Assembly: GCA_963841915.1 (NCBI GenBank)
Contig: CAWJEN010000005.1
Span: 608,001-672,000 of the forward strand
Direction: 5' to 3'
DNA: 64,000 nucleotides
Origin: an uncultured Planctomycetota bacterium
GTDB taxonomy: Bacteria; Planctomycetota; Phycisphaerae; Tepidisphaerales; Tepidisphaeraceae
A program made the translations under genes and the position numbers. This document shows positions 28,717 to 37,785 of this stretch, piece by piece (the stretch's first letter is position 1; every line of letters starts with the position of its first letter). Below the pieces are notes generated by a model that was given only the letters and a program-made list of their open reading frames with translations, was not told the origin of the DNA and did no database searches.

Positions 28717-30326
28717 GGTGCGGCGATGGGGATGGCCGCCTGCTGGGCGGCACGCATGCCGCGCAGGTAAGGCCTGGCCGCTGCGCGAAGCTCGGTGAGC
28801 GCGGTGGCCGACGGCTTGGGTTGCATCATGTCGTCGAGCAACCCGCTGCCCGGCAGCATCGCCCGCGGCCCGTCGGCCAGATCGGCCCAGGCGACGCTTT
28901 CGACGAACGGCTTGCTGATGCACAACCGGTACACGTCACGCAACCACGCCGCCTGCAGCTCGCGGTCCCACGGCCGGAACCAGCGGCCCGCCTGATCGCC
29001 CGTCGCCTCGGCCGCGTCAGGGCAGGCGATGCACGTGACGAACACCGGCTTGTTCAGCGGGGCGAACCGGTCGAGCATCGCACTGATCTGAAACAAATCG
29101 CGGACGTAACGACCTTTGCCCGGCCGGCCCATAACGATCTCAACGCCAAAGCCGTCGACCTGAACACCGCTCTGAGCGACCATCTCGGCGTACAACATCG
29201 GCGGCACGACGCTCGACGCGTCGGGCGGGCCCGCCAGGTACTCGCCGAACGGTTGCTTGATCGTGACGAGCGTCTTGGCACCCGGTGCCACCGCCTTGAC
29301 CTGCCCGACGAGCAGGCGTGTGAGCTCGATCATCTGCTCGAACGAGAGGCCAAACCCGCCTGCGGCGTGGAGGCCTGCGACGACGTTCCACAGCTTGACG
29401 ATCCGCCGATACCGCGTCGCGGCGGCACGCACGTAGGCAAAGGCAAGGTCACGTAGCGCCTCGAAGTCGTTCTCGTACAGGTAAAGCCACTCCGGCGCCT
29501 GCCCACCCGTCAGATCAACGAGTGGCCCGGCGATCGTCGGCAGCTTCGCACGCCCGACAAACTCGACAGCCGCATCGACGCCTTCGGTGGCAAACGACTC
29601 TTCCTCAGGCTGCATCTGGCCCCACGGCATCGGGATGCTGACGCAGTCGAAGTTGCGGACAAGGGCGTTGCGGTAGACGGCACTACGCGGCGCTTCTTCG
29701 GACACGTCGGCCCGAATCCCGACCAGCGTCCGCGGGAGCCCGGTCCGACGGCGGCGGTTGAGCAGCATCTCGGCGTGCACGCGGGCCAGCTGCTCACCGG
29801 CCAGCACTGCGGCGGCAAGGGCTTCGTCGGCCTTGACCGACGCGGCCGGGCGGTCGTGCAACAGGCCAAGCGCTCCGGCGAACATGGCCTGAGCCCGCTT
29901 GGCCGCCGCAACCGCCGCAGCGGCGGGTGGCAGCTCCCACAGGTTCCAGTCCTCCTGCTTTTGCACCAGCCGCATCAACCGGTGCCGGGCCAGCTCCACG
30001 TTGAGCACGTACGGCTCGTCGCGTGGCGGAAGTCGCGTCGTTTCCAGCACGAACTCACCGGCCGTGCCCGTGTCCCACAACAGCGACACGCCCAGCGCCG
30101 CCGCTGAGGCTTGCAGGCCGGCGTAGGCCGACGCTTCGTCGCCCGGGTCGCTCGATCCGCCGCCGTAGTCAAGGCCGTCGTCACCGGCTTCGACCTTGAG
30201 CAGGCCGTCTTCGAACTCGACGCGCCCGGGCAACGGCACGCTCTCGGAGCCGACGGCGTAGGCGCCGCGTACCCGATAGCTCGTGAGCCGTCGTCCGCCG
30301 TCGTAAATCTCGAAAAGCAGCGGCAT
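28713..30326 (-). CDS. GH10-like TIM-barrel protein, apparently lacking catalytic glutamates
   Basis: W..MQPEE..F, GPLV, PEWL; WNVVAG in place of WDVVNE; FVTC in place of ITE; GLLD....PKP. Confidence 0.65.
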   Translation of the reverse strand: MPLLFEIYDGGRRLTSYRVRGAYAVGSESVPLPGRVEFEDGLLKVEAGDDGLDYGGGSSDPGDEASAYAGLQASAAALGVSLLWDTGTAGEFVLETTRLPPRDEPYVLNVELARHRLMRLVQKQEDWNLWELPPAAAAVAAAKRAQAMFAGALGLLHDRPAASVKADEALAAAVLAGEQLARVHAEMLLNRRRRTGLPRTLVGIRADVSEEAPRSAVYRNALVRNFDCVSIPMPWGQMQPEEESFATEGVDAAVEFVGRAKLPTIAGPLVDLTGGQAPEWLYLYENDFEALRDLAFAYVRAAATRYRRIVKLWNVVAGLHAAGGFGLSFEQMIELTRLLVGQVKAVAPGAKTLVTIKQPFGEYLAGPPDASSVVPPMLYAEMVAQSGVQVDGFGVEIVMGRPGKGRYVRDLFQISAMLDRFAPLNKPVFVTCIACPDAAEATGDQAGRWFRPWDRELQAAWLRDVYRLCISKPFVESVAWADLADGPRAMLPGSGLLDDMMQPKPSATALTELRAAARPYLRGMRAAQQAAIPIAAP

Positions 30327-30507
30327 ACGCGTCGATCCAGCCGTCAAAACAGCGGCACCGAAACGACGGCACCGGCTCGGGCGGCAGTCTAGCCGAACCG
30401 CCACGCCGTCGCACGTGGCGGCGTTATCAGATGCACCCCACATCAGATGCACCCCACGAAACGCGTGCGTCGCCTCTCGGCAGACGCACGCGATGAAAGC
30501 CCGCTCC

Positions 30508-31497
30508 TCAGTCGGCCGTCTTGCGCAGGCCGATGCCGAAGCTCGCCAGGATCTGGCGGATCTCGTTGAGGCTGGTCTGGCCGAAGTTCTTGCAGCTCAG
30601 CAGCTCTTCTTCGCTCTTGGCCGCCAGTTCGCCGACCGTCTGGATGTTGAGCCGCTGCAACGCCTTGCGGCTGCGGACGCTGAGGTCCAGGTCACCGATA
30701 GGCCGCTCGAGCAGCTCGCCGGGCATGTCGGCGTCGAGCCCCGCCGTTCCCGCCGGGGCGTCGGGGGCGGCGACCGCTGCGGCAAATTCACCGGCCGGCG
30801 GTGCCATGCCCGCCACCGACGGATCGACCAGCGACAGATCGACAATCCCGCCGTCGTCGAGCATCTGACCAAGCCGCAGGCCCTTACCGGCCAGGAGCGC
30901 CTTGATCTCGCTCAGCGACGTTTCGCCGAAGTTCTTGAAGCCCATGAGGTCCTGCTCGCGGACACGCAGCAGGTCGCCGATCGACTCAATGTTGGCTTTC
31001 TTCAAAGCAGTCCGGGCACGGACGCTCAGGTCGAAGTCGTACACCGGCAGGTCGAGCACGGCATCACGCTGCTGACGTTGACGCTCCTGCTCCTCGGCCG
31101 TCCGGTCGTGGGCGGCATCGACGTCACGCAGGAACCGGCGGGCTCGCGGGTGATTATGGTCGGTGGCCAACACCGCCTCGAGGCACCGGCGGGCCTCTTC
31201 GAACATGTTGTTGTCCTCGTAGAGGACAGCCAGGTTGATGAGCGCGTTGAGCGGAACCGGGCTGCCGCCGCAGATCCGCTCGTAGAGCTCGATCGCCTGC
31301 GTGTCCATGCCGTGCTGGTCGTAGAGGCGGGCCAGGCGGAAGCACGACTCGTCGTGGTCGGGGTCCTCGTTGAGGGCGTGGCCGTAGTGCTCGATGGCCT
31401 TCTCGATGTCGCCGCCTGATTCGGCCTCGCGGGCGCGGGTGAAGTATTCCTGGGCGGCTCGTTCGTTGATCGTGTCGACGCTCATGTAGTGCTGCAA
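30508..31497 (-). CDS. TPR protein with two RNA polymerase alpha C-terminal domains
   Basis: N-terminal TPRs; two copies of L..P...DLSVR.R.AL...NI...G.L....E..L...KNFG.TSL.EI. Confidence 0.88.
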   Translation of the reverse strand: MQHYMSVDTINERAAQEYFTRAREAESGGDIEKAIEHYGHALNEDPDHDESCFRLARLYDQHGMDTQAIELYERICGGSPVPLNALINLAVLYEDNNMFEEARRCLEAVLATDHNHPRARRFLRDVDAAHDRTAEEQERQRQQRDAVLDLPVYDFDLSVRARTALKKANIESIGDLLRVREQDLMGFKNFGETSLSEIKALLAGKGLRLGQMLDDGGIVDLSLVDPSVAGMAPPAGEFAAAVAAPDAPAGTAGLDADMPGELLERPIGDLDLSVRSRKALQRLNIQTVGELAAKSEEELLSCKNFGQTSLNEIRQILASFGIGLRKTAD

Positions 31498-31696
31498 AAG
31501 GGGCCGCGAATGCCGCGGCGTGGTGGTGCGGTGGCTGAAAGAACCACGCCGAAGCGTGGGCCTCGACTATTGAGGCGGCAGCGTTGCAGGTCAACGATTT
31601 CGACCCTCCGTTTTGTCAAATTATTGTCTATTTTGCGACGCGAAGTTGAAAAAGTTGCCGCCTCAGGGCGATCCGGTGCCCGACTTATGCTTGCCC

Positions 31697-32818
31697 ATGC
31701 CCCACGCCCTGGTCATCGGTGGCGGCCCCGCCGGGGCGACGGCGGCGGCGACGCTGGCACGCGGGCACTGGCACGTCACCCTCGCCGAAGCCGCTCGATT
31801 CCCACGCAACAAGGTCTGTGGCGAGTGCCTCAGCGTCCTTGGCAGTGACACGCTCACACACGTCGGAATCGGCGAGACGCTCGATTCTCTGCAGCCGACG
31901 CGGCTTTCGTCGGCCACCCTCGTCACGCGTGGCGGCAGGTCCGTCACGCTCACCCTGCCGCGGCCTGTCATGGGTGTGACACGAACTGCGATGGACCCGG
32001 CGTTGCTGGCCGCCTTGCCGACGACCGTCGACCTTCGCCAGCCGTGTCGCGTTATGTCGGTCGAATCAACGTCTACCGGCGTGCGGGCGAAGGTGACGGG
32101 CGGTGAGATCGAGGCGGATGTCGCTGTCGTCGCTGACGGCAAAGGAACGTTGCCCGGCACGACGGCCACTCCGCCGCGGCCGACGAAAGATCTCGGGCTC
32201 AAGGCGCACTTTGCCGGTGTCGACCTGCCGCCGGAGTCGATTCACCTCTTCGGCCTTTGCGGTCATTACGTCGGCGTCGCGGCGGTGTCGGACGGCGAGC
32301 GGGTCGTCTGGAACGTTGCCTTCAACCTGCCGGCCCGCCGACTCGTGCCGGGTGAGGCGCACGACGACCTGTTTCATCGCCTGCTTGCTGAGAATCCGGC
32401 GATGCGGCGTGCTTTCGCCGGTGCCGGGCGAATCGGCGAGTGGAAGGCGTCGCCGCTGCCCCGCTTTGCCCCGAAGCCTTCAATACACTGGCCGGCGCAT
32501 GTCATTCCGGTCGGGAACGCGGCAGCGGCGCTCGAACCCGTCGGCGGCGAGGGCATGGGACTCGCCATCGCCAGCGCCCATGCGGCAGCGAAGTGCATCG
32601 TCGAGGGCAATGTGCCTGGTGCCTTGGACGCGGAGTACCGCCGCCTGTGGCGGGTGCGCCGGCCGATGTGTCGAACGGCTGCCGTCGCGTTGTCGCATCG
32701 GCCGTTCGACGAACTGACGGTCCTGCTGGCGAAAACGGTTCCGCTGCTGGGACGACTCGGCATGAAATGGGCAGGCAAAGCCGACGGAACGCTCAAGCAG
32801 CGGCTGGCCCTGTCGTGA
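31697..32818 (+). CDS. FAD-dependent oxidoreductase (geranylgeranyl reductase-like)
   Basis: VIGGGPAG, FPRNKVCGE, VADG, VGNAAAALEPVGGEGM. Confidence 0.85.
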   Translation: MPHALVIGGGPAGATAAATLARGHWHVTLAEAARFPRNKVCGECLSVLGSDTLTHVGIGETLDSLQPTRLSSATLVTRGGRSVTLTLPRPVMGVTRTAMDPALLAALPTTVDLRQPCRVMSVESTSTGVRAKVTGGEIEADVAVVADGKGTLPGTTATPPRPTKDLGLKAHFAGVDLPPESIHLFGLCGHYVGVAAVSDGERVVWNVAFNLPARRLVPGEAHDDLFHRLLAENPAMRRAFAGAGRIGEWKASPLPRFAPKPSIHWPAHVIPVGNAAAALEPVGGEGMGLAIASAHAAAKCIVEGNVPGALDAEYRRLWRVRRPMCRTAAVALSHRPFDELTVLLAKTVPLLGRLGMKWAGKADGTLKQRLALS

Positions 32819-32845
32819 CAAGCCCGCGGGCGGTATCGTGCGGGC

Positions 32846-33424
32846 ATGAGCGACCTCGACCCGCACCCGACGGACTCCCTCACTGGTCATTCCAGCCAGC
32901 CACCCGGCCCGCACGCGGCGGCAGAAGATGACGAAGTGGTTTATTACGACGGCAGTCCGTTGCTCCGCGGCGAGCTGGGGCTGGTCTCCATCTGGTTCAT
33001 CATCGGCCTGGCCCTGGCGGCGGCGCCGATCGTCTGGTTCCTTACGGCCGAACCTGACGGCGGGCCGCCCTGGTGGTTGTTCTTCCTGGTGCCGATCGGC
33101 ATCGGGTTGTTCTTCTTCCCTGCGCTGTGGGTCAAGCGAAACCGCTTCAAGATCACCAACTACCGCATCGACTACGAGCACGGCATCATCACCACCAACG
33201 TTGACACGCTCGAACTCTGGCACGTCAACGACGTCCGCATGCGGCAGGGCCCGCTCGACAAACTGTTCGGCGTCGGTTCCATCCACATCACCAGCGACGA
33301 CCGCTCCACACCCGAGCTCGAGCTGCGCAGCGTCAGCAAGCCGAGGCCGCTGTTCGAGAGCCTGAAGCAACGCGTTATTGCCGTCAAACGGCAGCGCGGC
33401 GTCATCAAGATGGACGTCGGTTGA
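32846..33424 (+). CDS. Bacterial PH-domain membrane protein
   Basis: Two TM; FKITNYRI...GII, ELWHVND, QG.LDKLFGVG.I. Confidence 0.8.
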   Translation: MSDLDPHPTDSLTGHSSQPPGPHAAAEDDEVVYYDGSPLLRGELGLVSIWFIIGLALAAAPIVWFLTAEPDGGPPWWLFFLVPIGIGLFFFPALWVKRNRFKITNYRIDYEHGIITTNVDTLELWHVNDVRMRQGPLDKLFGVGSIHITSDDRSTPELELRSVSKPRPLFESLKQRVIAVKRQRGVIKMDVG

Positions 33425-33496
33425 GGCCCGAATCAGGAATAAGGGCAGAGAATTTCTCTCGTTCCTTGTTGCTGCTTGGTTCGCGAAGATCAGACG

Positions 33497-33820
33497 ATGC
33501 CAGCGGACGAAGAACGGCCGGTCGACATGCCGGATACGAGCGAGACGTACGAGCGCGCCCACCCGGGCAAAACGCCCGGCGGTCAGCTCGAAGCCAACGA
33601 GCGCGTTGCCGACAATCGGGCCGACAGCGTGCAAGGCTCTGTTCGGAATGACGAGGGCGACGACGTCGACGGCCTGAGCGGTCAGGACCCGCAAAACCAG
33701 GGGGACAGTGTCGACCCGGCGGACGGCAAGGCCCACGCCGGCCGGGCCGATGCGGCCGTCGATCCCAAGGCTGACAAGTCCGGCCTTCCGCCCGAGCGTT
33801 CGCCCCACGGGAGGGACTGA
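33497..33820 (+). CDS. Small acidic, probably disordered hypothetical protein
   Basis: D/E/G/P-rich ORF in series with the next ORF. Confidence 0.5.
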   Translation: MPADEERPVDMPDTSETYERAHPGKTPGGQLEANERVADNRADSVQGSVRNDEGDDVDGLSGQDPQNQGDSVDPADGKAHAGRADAAVDPKADKSGLPPERSPHGRD

Positions 33821-33823
33821 GTC

Positions 33824-34063
33824 ATGAGCAAAGAGCACCCCCAAAGCACGCCCGGCGACGCCAAGCCGCTGCCGGGTCAGGAAGATAACGCCGACCACTC
33901 GGTGAAGGAAGAAACGCCCCTGGGCTGGGACCAGGCGCCGAAAGAGGCCGACCAGCAAACGCCCCACCGCCACCCACGCCAGGACGGCAAAGGCGGCACG
34001 CCGGACAAGGAACTGGGCCTCGAAGAAGCCCAAGCCTCCGGCGAGGAGCCGTCAAAGGAATAG
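33824..34063 (+). CDS. Small hydrophilic hypothetical protein
   Basis: Starts 3 bp after the previous stop; GGAGG RBS upstream. Confidence 0.55.
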   Translation: MSKEHPQSTPGDAKPLPGQEDNADHSVKEETPLGWDQAPKEADQQTPHRHPRQDGKGGTPDKELGLEEAQASGEEPSKE

Positions 34064-34111
34064 CGCTGCAGGCGCAGTAACGGCCCGCAACAGAAGGCAC
34101 AGCCGATCACC

Positions 34112-34651
34112 TCAGGCGTCGCCGAACTTCACGCCGCGGAACCTCGCCGCCACCTCGCCGCGGAGCAGGTACCGCAGCGACGCGATCAGCAACAGCACCG
34201 TGATCACGATCGGCACGACCGTGCAGACGAAGAACATGCCCGTCGCACTCCGCGTCGGCGACGAATCGATCACATCCTGCAGCCCGCCCGTCAGGCGATA
34301 ACCGACCGCCAGCGTCAGGTAGAGGAGCAGGGCAATGCAGAACGTGATGAGCATCCAGCGGCCGTAGGTGATGCGGGCGATGCCCAGCACGCCGCCGACG
34401 GTGCCGAGCAGGCCGAGCAGGAAGAAGATGAACACCGCAACGGCATCGATCGGCTTGACAGCGGGCGGCGGCGGACGGTCGCCCGGCTCCATCAACGCCA
34501 CGTCAGGCGGCATCGGTGGCGACGACAAATTCAGCGCCGTCAGCGGACTGCACAACATCATCAACACGCCCAGCACGAACAACGCCCCGCAAATCGGCAG
34601 GACGAACTGATCGACGTCACGACGGGCCGGGGCTTGGTACGGATCAGTCAC
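34112..34651 (-). CDS. Four-TM membrane hypothetical protein
   Basis: DPYQAP N-terminus and four hydrophobic helices. Confidence 0.6.
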   Translation of the reverse strand: MTDPYQAPARRDVDQFVLPICGALFVLGVLMMLCSPLTALNLSSPPMPPDVALMEPGDRPPPPAVKPIDAVAVFIFFLLGLLGTVGGVLGIARITYGRWMLITFCIALLLYLTLAVGYRLTGGLQDVIDSSPTRSATGMFFVCTVVPIVITVLLLIASLRYLLRGEVAARFRGVKFGDA

Positions 34652-35708
34652 GTGGCATTGTTGGCGTCTGATTGGCGGGTACGCGAAGTGCGAGCCGGAT
34701 TGGCCGATGATCGCCACCGATCCAGGGGCCGACGTCAAAGGTGTCGACATGCACGTCCGTCGGCACAAGTGCGTGATCGACACCCATCATCGCGATGCTC
34801 GACAGCTCCGCCGGCCACGTGCCGCGGTGGCCGTGTCCCTCGGCGGCGAAGCGGAGACCGGCCCGCCTCGCCAGGTCGCGTGGACGGATACCGTGTGACG
34901 TTGCGTTGAAGTCACCGATCACAATCGGTGCGACGCCGGTGAGCCGACACCCGCTGGCCCAGACTGCTGCCGCGTCGTAGGCAGGTGCCTGGTCGTCATA
35001 TCGATCGCCCGGCAAAGGCCGCGTCGCACTGAAGTGCAGGAGCGAGACGTTTGCACCGCCCACAACAATCGAGACCTGCGGGAACGGCCGGGCACGGTCA
35101 GGCGTCGGATAGAGCACGACCGCCGAGGCCGAAAGATCGTCCCGCACGTAGGCCGCCGTGCCACGCGTATCGCGACGCGGCTTGGCGGCGAGCAGGCGAT
35201 AGTGCGGCAACCCCTCGGCTACCGACGTCAGCGTGCCCGTCGTCACTTCCTGCAACAGCAAAAGGTCAGGCGGATCGGCACGGACCCACTCGAAGAAGGC
35301 GTCGGTCTCCAGCATGTCGCCGCTGACGTTGGCGTGAATGACGCTGAGCGTCGGGCCGTTGTTGCTCGTGCCGGCCGGTAGATACAGCGGCACCACGGTC
35401 AGCCACGCCATCGCCGCCGCACTTGCCCACACGGCCGCCAGCCAACGCGGCTTCAGCACCAGTTGAACAACCGCCGCCAGCGCCAAACACAGTCCGAGCT
35501 GCGGCCGCAGATGGGCGAGCAGATCGAGCCTCCAGTTCAGCCGTTGGGCGTAGGTCGAGACGACGAGCAGCGTGGCAAGTGCCGCCAGGAATGCGACCGT
35601 CCATCGCGATCCACGCGTGAGGACCGACGATGCCGGGGCGGTCGCTTCGGCATCGGACGCATCGACGTCGGATGCCTCGACGTCGGGCTCAGGCCTTTGC
35701 CGGTTCAT
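34644..35708 (-). CDS. Endonuclease/exonuclease/phosphatase family membrane protein
   Basis: Three TM, HANV, DLLLLQE, IGDFNA, VDHAL, GDHRP; appears fused to lysC only because of a frameshift. Confidence 0.85.
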   Translation of the reverse strand: MNRQRPEPDVEASDVDASDAEATAPASSVLTRGSRWTVAFLAALATLLVVSTYAQRLNWRLDLLAHLRPQLGLCLALAAVVQLVLKPRWLAAVWASAAAMAWLTVVPLYLPAGTSNNGPTLSVIHANVSGDMLETDAFFEWVRADPPDLLLLQEVTTGTLTSVAEGLPHYRLLAAKPRRDTRGTAAYVRDDLSASAVVLYPTPDRARPFPQVSIVVGGANVSLLHFSATRPLPGDRYDDQAPAYDAAAVWASGCRLTGVAPIVIGDFNATSHGIRPRDLARRAGLRFAAEGHGHRGTWPAELSSIAMMGVDHALVPTDVHVDTFDVGPWIGGDHRPIRLALRVPANQTPTMPRD

Positions 35709-36932
35709 TGGCGAGGCCGAAAGCGTCGTGGATGACTTGCAGCGCCCGCGCCCGTCGCCGCGGCCGACGATGCACGAGATCTTGATTTCGCTCGTCGTGA
35801 TGTTCTCGATGTTGACTTTCGCCTCGCCGAGTGCTTCGAACATCATGCGGGCGACGCCGGTGTGCGACCGCATGCCGACGCCGACGACGCTGACTTTGGC
35901 CAGATCTTCCTGGTAGCGGACGGTGACGGTCCACGTGTCGTCGCTGAGCCGCTTGATGAGCGAGTCGACGACGGGACGAATGTCGTGCAGGTCGCCGTCT
36001 TCGACGGTGAACGAGATGTTGGCCGTGCCGTCGTCGAAGACGTTCTGGATGATGTCGTCGACGATGATGTTGGCCGCGGCGATGTCGCGGAAGATGTGGG
36101 CCGCGGCACCGGGCCGGTCGGGCACGTCGGCCAGCGTCACGCGGACGAGGTTGCGCTTCAAGGCCGCTCCGCTGACGAGAATGTCTTCCATTTCAGGCGT
36201 TTCCTTCACGACCATCGTGCCGGGGTTGTCGTTGGCGCTGTTGCGTACGTGGATCGGCACGTCGTACTTCTTGGCAAACTCGACGGCCCGCGTCTGCAGG
36301 ACGCCCGCCCCGAGGCCGCTGAGCTCGAGCATTTCGTCGTACGTGATGCGGCTGATTTTTCGGGCATCGGGCACGATCCGCGGGTCGGCCGTGTAGACGC
36401 CGTCGACGTCGGTGTAGTTTTCACACACCTCTGCCTTGAGCACGGCCCCGAGGGCGACGAGCGTCGCGTTGCTCCCGCCGCGTCCCAGGGTCGTGACTTC
36501 GCCGTTCGGCGAAACGCCCTGGAAACCAGCAACAACGACGATCTTGCCCGCGTCAAGCTGGCCGCGGATGCGGTCGGTGTCGATCGCCTTGATGCGCGCT
36601 TTGGTAAAGGCGTCGTCGGTCTGCAGATTGATCTGCGGCCCGGTGAAGCTGACGGCGTCGAAGCCCTGGGCGTAGCAGGCCATCGCAAAGAGGGCGATCG
36701 TCACGACCTCGCCGGTGGCGAGCAGTTGATCCATCTCCCGCTTGGGCGGCCGATCCCCGGCGACCTGGCGGGCGAGCAGCTCGAGCGTGTCGGTCGTCTT
36801 GCCCATGGCACTGACGACGACGACCACATCATTGCCGTCACGACGGGCGGCAACGGCTCGTGCGGCGCAGCGGTGAATGCGTTCTGCGTCAGCAACGCTC
36901 GATCCGCCGAACTTCTGGACAATGACGGGCAC
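35689..36932 (-). CDS. lysC: Aspartate kinase, frameshifted near 35752
   Basis: VQKFGGSS, VVSAMG, TTLGRGGS, TDVDG.YTADPR, ACT domains, TSEIKIS; true C-terminus ALQVIHDAFGL in another frame. Confidence 0.93.
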
Positions 36933-36947
36933 GGGTCGCCAGCGTAG

Positions 36948-37739
36948 TCAGGCCAAGCCCTGCGCCTTGAGGAACTTCAGGCTCGTTTCGATCGAGTCGA
37001 AGGGGTCGCGGTAGCAGACGTCCTGCTCGACGCAGTACCACTGCACGCCGGCTTCTTTGGCGGCGGCGAGGACGCCGTCCCAGTTGAGGTTGCCGATACC
37101 GACTTCGGCCATGTAGGGCTCTTTCTCGGAGGTGACGGCCAGGTCCTTGACGTGAATCACCGGTACCCGGCCGCTGAGCTTGTTGAGCCACGCGGCCGGG
37201 CATCCACCGGCGTGAGCGACCCAATAGACATCGAGCTCGAACCAGACGTCGTCGCTGAGGTGCTCGACGAGCAGGTCGATGGCCGTTGAGCTTTGGTAGT
37301 CGTCCTTACCGCCGACTTTGGCCCATTCGTGGGAGTGGTTATGGTAGCCGGCGTGATAGCCGAGCGCCTTGAGCTGCCTGGCCCCTTCGTTGAACTGCTT
37401 GGCGTAGGCGACCCAGTTAGCTTCGTTGAAGTCGCCCTTGCCCGGGAAATACCCGCCGACGGCGGTGTACTTGCAGTCGAGCACCTCGAGCTCATCGGCG
37501 ACGCCCTGCGGGTCCTGCCAGATGCGCTCGGCCGGGCGAGTATGCGTGGCACAGCAGACCAAGCCGTGTTCGTCGAGGATCTGCTTGACGACGACCGGGT
37601 CTTCGACGCCGACGGCACTGACCTGCACCGCGCCCCAGCCCATGTCCCGCAGTCGTTTGCACGTGGCGGCGAAATCGGATTCGGACTTGCAGTGGTCGCG
37701 GAGCGTGAAGAGCTGGACGGCAAGCTGAGTGTCGGGCAT
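36948..37739 (-). CDS. Sugar phosphate isomerase/epimerase (IolE/XylA-like TIM barrel)
   Basis: QLFTLRD, YHNHSHE, ELDVYW, HVKD, VEQD. Confidence 0.88.
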   Translation of the reverse strand: MPDTQLAVQLFTLRDHCKSESDFAATCKRLRDMGWGAVQVSAVGVEDPVVVKQILDEHGLVCCATHTRPAERIWQDPQGVADELEVLDCKYTAVGGYFPGKGDFNEANWVAYAKQFNEGARQLKALGYHAGYHNHSHEWAKVGGKDDYQSSTAIDLLVEHLSDDVWFELDVYWVAHAGGCPAAWLNKLSGRVPVIHVKDLAVTSEKEPYMAEVGIGNLNWDGVLAAAKEAGVQWYCVEQDVCYRDPFDSIETSLKFLKAQGLA

Positions 37740-37785
37740 GGCGGCAGCTTAGGAGTGCGTGCCTTGCAGCGGCACCTCGTGTAGC

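Noticed and set aside
30508..31497. rpoA
   Set aside because: Lacks the alpha N-terminal dimerisation domain and the ribosomal operon context; it has only TPRs and two CTDs.
34644..36932. Novel 762-aa aspartate kinase-EEP nuclease fusion
   Set aside because: The normal lysC C-terminus (ALQVIHDAFGL) lies in another frame ending at 35689, so the fusion arises from a 1-bp deletion.
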